Assembly: GCA_963740315.1 (NCBI GenBank)
Contig: CAVUDP010000004.1
Coordinates: forward strand, 1-64,000
DNA length: 64,000 nucleotides
Source of the DNA: an uncultured cyanobacterium
GTDB lineage: Bacteria; Cyanobacteriota; Cyanobacteriia; Cyanobacteriales; Nostocaceae
Reading direction: 5' to 3'
Shown here: positions 61,470 through 64,000 of the stretch, in pieces
Layout of the letters: each line of letters opens with the position of its first letter
Numbering within the stretch: position 1 is the first letter of the stretch
Program-made: the position numbers and the translations under genes
The notes under the pieces: model-generated
Told to the model about the DNA's origin: nothing
What the model saw: only the letters and a program-made list of their open reading frames with translations
Database searches by the model: none

Positions 61470-62111
61470 ATGTCTTCCACAATACTAAAAAGACTGTCTA
61501 TTGCTACTGTTAGTGCTGTTGCGATTGCTTTTACAACAGCATCAGCAGCATCAGCCGCATCATTTGATTTTAGCGTTTCGGATGGACAAGATAAATCATT
61601 CCCATTAATTCAAGGTGACTTAGAGCTAACTGCAACCGGAAAAACTCGTAATGGTAATATTCGCGACGTTTTTCAAGGTTCCGATGGCTTCGGAGTTACT
61701 CGCGGAGAAGGGGAACGTAATGAAATCGATGGTAATGCTTTAGATAAAAAAGAGACACTTAATTTGCGTTTCAATAAGTTAGTAAAATTAATCTCTGCTA
61801 CCTTCAGTAGAGTTGATACCAACGACGACTTTAAACTATTTGTAGATGGAACCGAGTTAGTTGCTGCTGCAATTCCTGGTGGTAACGCTACCGATACAGG
61901 TAGTGGAACTTTTGACTTTAGTTCATACAATGCAACTGGAACAGTCTTAGGTTTCACTGTTGGGGATGATAATAACAACGAATACTTTTTAAAAGCTGTA
62001 GAAGTTCAAGAAGTTCCCGAACCTACAACTATATTAGGTTCGTTATTAGTGAGTGGATTTGGCGCAATGCTTTACAGAAAGCGCAAAAATCAATCTGATA
62101 TAAAAGCGTAA
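61470..62111 (+). CDS. PEP-CTERM sorting domain protein
   Basis: Signal peptide (ASAAS) and C-terminal VPEPTTILG + TM + RKRK. Confidence 0.9.
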   Translation: MSSTILKRLSIATVSAVAIAFTTASAASAASFDFSVSDGQDKSFPLIQGDLELTATGKTRNGNIRDVFQGSDGFGVTRGEGERNEIDGNALDKKETLNLRFNKLVKLISATFSRVDTNDDFKLFVDGTELVAAAIPGGNATDTGSGTFDFSSYNATGTVLGFTVGDDNNNEYFLKAVEVQEVPEPTTILGSLLVSGFGAMLYRKRKNQSDIKA

Positions 62112-62152
62112 ATAAGTAGAAAGATAGTTTTTTAGCGCAAGTTGATTATTTT

Positions 62153-62186
62153 AAACCCGGTTTCTTGATGAAATCGGGTTTTTCTT
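62153..62186 (+). terminator. Probable intrinsic terminator
   Basis: AAACCCGGTTTC-TTGAT-GAAATCGGGTTT followed by TTCTT. Confidence 0.6.
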
Positions 62187-62318
62187 GCGAAGCGAGTAGA
62201 TAAGCGATCGCTATGCCCTAATTCCAATGTCGTACCTTCCACACTCGCACGATTTAACACAATGTATTTAAAATATGAAGAGAAGTTAAGACGTTTTCAC
62301 AAATAAGAGTTATTAACA

Positions 62319-62975
62319 ATGGGATTATTTGGACTTGGTAAAAAGCAGACTATACCTACTGCCCAAGAAGCTTTACCGGGAAGGGCACAGCAAATGCCAG
62401 TACCTGAAAAACATCATGTCAACGGTAATCCTCTCAAACCTCCTTTCCCCGAAGGTATGGATTCAGTTGTATTTGGGATGGGATGTTTTTGGGGTGCGGA
62501 ACGTAAATTCTGGCAGTTGGATGGAGTTTATACTACTGCTGTAGGTTATGCTGCTGGTTCAACTCCTAACCCTACATATAAAGAAGTGTGTAGTGGAATG
62601 ACTGGTCATAATGAAGTTGTGCTAGTTGTGTACGATCCGAAAAAAGTTAGTTACGAACAACTGTTAAAAACTTTTTGGGAAAGTCACAATCCTACTCAAG
62701 GAATGCGCCAGGGTAATGACTCTGGTACCCAGTATCGTTCGGGAATTTACACATATTCTGACGCACAGAAAAAGCAGGCAGAAGCATCACTCGATTCTTA
62801 TCAAGAAGCTTTGAAGTCAGCTGGTTATGGCGACATTACCACAGAAATTCTTGATGCTCCCGAATTTTACTATGCTGAAGATTACCATCAGCAGTATCTC
62901 GCCAAAAATCCTAACGGTTATTGCGGATTAGGTGGTACTAATGTTAGTTGTCCCATTGGTGTAGCACAAGCTTAA
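62319..62975 (+). CDS. msrA: Peptide-methionine (S)-S-oxide reductase
   Basis: [28 protein letters not shown] and GYCG motifs. Confidence 0.96.
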   Translation: MGLFGLGKKQTIPTAQEALPGRAQQMPVPEKHHVNGNPLKPPFPEGMDSVVFGMGCFWGAERKFWQLDGVYTTAVGYAAGSTPNPTYKEVCSGMTGHNEVVLVVYDPKKVSYEQLLKTFWESHNPTQGMRQGNDSGTQYRSGIYTYSDAQKKQAEASLDSYQEALKSAGYGDITTEILDAPEFYYAEDYHQQYLAKNPNGYCGLGGTNVSCPIGVAQA

Positions 62976-63237
62976 AGGTTTTACGTGCCGACTTTAGTCC
63001 TCCATTGGCTGTAAATTAAATATAAAAGGTTTTACGTGCCGACTTTAGTCCTCCATTGGCTGTGAATTAAATATAAAAGGTTCGTAGTAAGGACTTTAGT
63101 CCTCAATTGGCTGTAAATTAAATATAAAAGATTCTACGTGCCGACTTTAATCCTCCATTGGCTGTGAATTAAATATAAAAGATTTTACGTGCCGACTTTA
63201 ATCCTGGGAGGAAAGGGCTTAAGCCCTTACTACGAAC
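62976..63237. repeat. Five 51-bp tandem units derived from the same REP family, ending in an inverted REP
   Basis: Units start at 62976, 63027, 63078, 63129 and 63180. Unit 3 has the intact GTTCGTAGTAAGGACTTTAGTCCT; the array ends GGGCTTAAGCCCTTACTACGAAC. Confidence 0.85.
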
Positions 63238-64000
63238 TAATTACCGTAAACTTGACGATAATAATCTTGATATTCTTGAGATAATAAAGGTTTCCACCAT
63301 TCACTGTTGTTGAGATACCACTCTACGGTTAGACGCAAACCTTCTTCAACCGTTATTGAAGGTGTCCAACCCAAATCGGTTTTGATTTTAGCTGCATTAA
63401 TAGCATATCTGCGATCGTGTCCGGCTCTATCTTTGACGAAGGTAATTAATTTTTCTGAAGGATTAACTGGTAAATTAGGTGCAAATTTATCCATTAGCTG
63501 GCACAACATATGAACTAAATTAATATTTTCAACTTCGTTATTACCACCGATATTATAAGTTTCTCCAGGTAAACCGGCGTTTATTACTACTTCTATTGCA
63601 CTACAATGATCGCCGACATAAAGCCAATCTCGCACGTTTTTGCCATCGCCGTAAACTGGTAATTGTTTACCTAATAAAGCATTAATACACATCAAGGGAA
63701 TTAGTTTTTCTGGAAACTGATAGGGACCGTAATTATTAGAACAATTGGTGATAATTGTTGGTAGTTCGTAGGTATGATAATAAGCTCTAACTAAATGGTC
63801 GCTACCAGCCTTGGATGCTGAATATGGACTATTTGGAGCGTAAGCTGTAGTTTCAGTAAAAGGCGGATCTTTTGGACTTAAGCTACCGTAAACTTCGTCG
63901 GTAGAAACGTGCAGAAAACGATAACGATCGGGTTTGTTTTGGGCTAACCAATATTGACGAAAGGCTTCTAAAAGCGTGTAAGTTCCGATAACGTTAGTTT
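63237..64000 (-). CDS. rfbB: dTDP-glucose 4,6-dehydratase (5'-truncated by window)
   Basis: Frame is open to the window end: [45 protein letters not shown] and [10 protein letters not shown] motifs. Confidence 0.95.
   Translation of the reverse strand, partial: TNVIGTYTLLEAFRQYWLAQNKPDRYRFLHVSTDEVYGSLSPKDPPFTETTAYAPNSPYSASKAGSDHLVRAYYHTYELPTIITNCSNNYGPYQFPEKLIPLMCINALLGKQLPVYGDGKNVRDWLYVGDHCSAIEVVINAGLPGETYNIGGNNEVENINLVHMLCQLMDKFAPNLPVNPSEKLITFVKDRAGHDRRYAINAAKIKTDLGWTPSITVEEGLRLTVEWYLNNSEWWKPLLSQEYQDYYRQVYGN

Noticed and set aside
524..63513. Numerous 60-125 aa ORFs antisense to or nested in long genes
   Set aside because: Shadow ORFs of well-supported CDSs; none shows a recognisable motif.

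Overview
AT-rich DNA from a filamentous, probably Nostocales-type cyanobacterium; this is inferred from frequent HIP1 octamers (GCGATCGC), 7-nt STRR tracts and the DevBCA and PEP-CTERM genes. In order, the window holds: the 3' end of an M1 aminopeptidase; a Wzx/Wzy-type polysaccharide cluster (2.1-14.9 kb); a repeat protein interrupted by one nonsense codon, divergent from a TerB-dynamin fusion; ABC1 kinase and MFS genes; a second, minus-strand glycosyltransferase/ABC-exporter cluster (26.2-35.7 kb) with a four-helix-bundle gene enclosed by inverted heptamer arrays; a large malectin/beta-propeller protein and an Omp85/ShlB-type gene; and an unusual 10.5-kb operon. That operon encodes a cNMP-acylating aldehyde dehydrogenase, an NDH-2/cNMP/DevB fusion, two DevC, a DevA-GAF fusion, a fatty acyl-AMP ligase and an ACP. 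After it come a 326-bp gene-less Tn7-like element with a 5-bp target duplication, a REP-associated tyrosine transposase next to an 11 x 63-bp REP-doublet array, and several small genes including msrA and partial rfbB. No rRNA, tRNA or CRISPR array was recognised. Product calls come from motif recognition by eye, not database searches.
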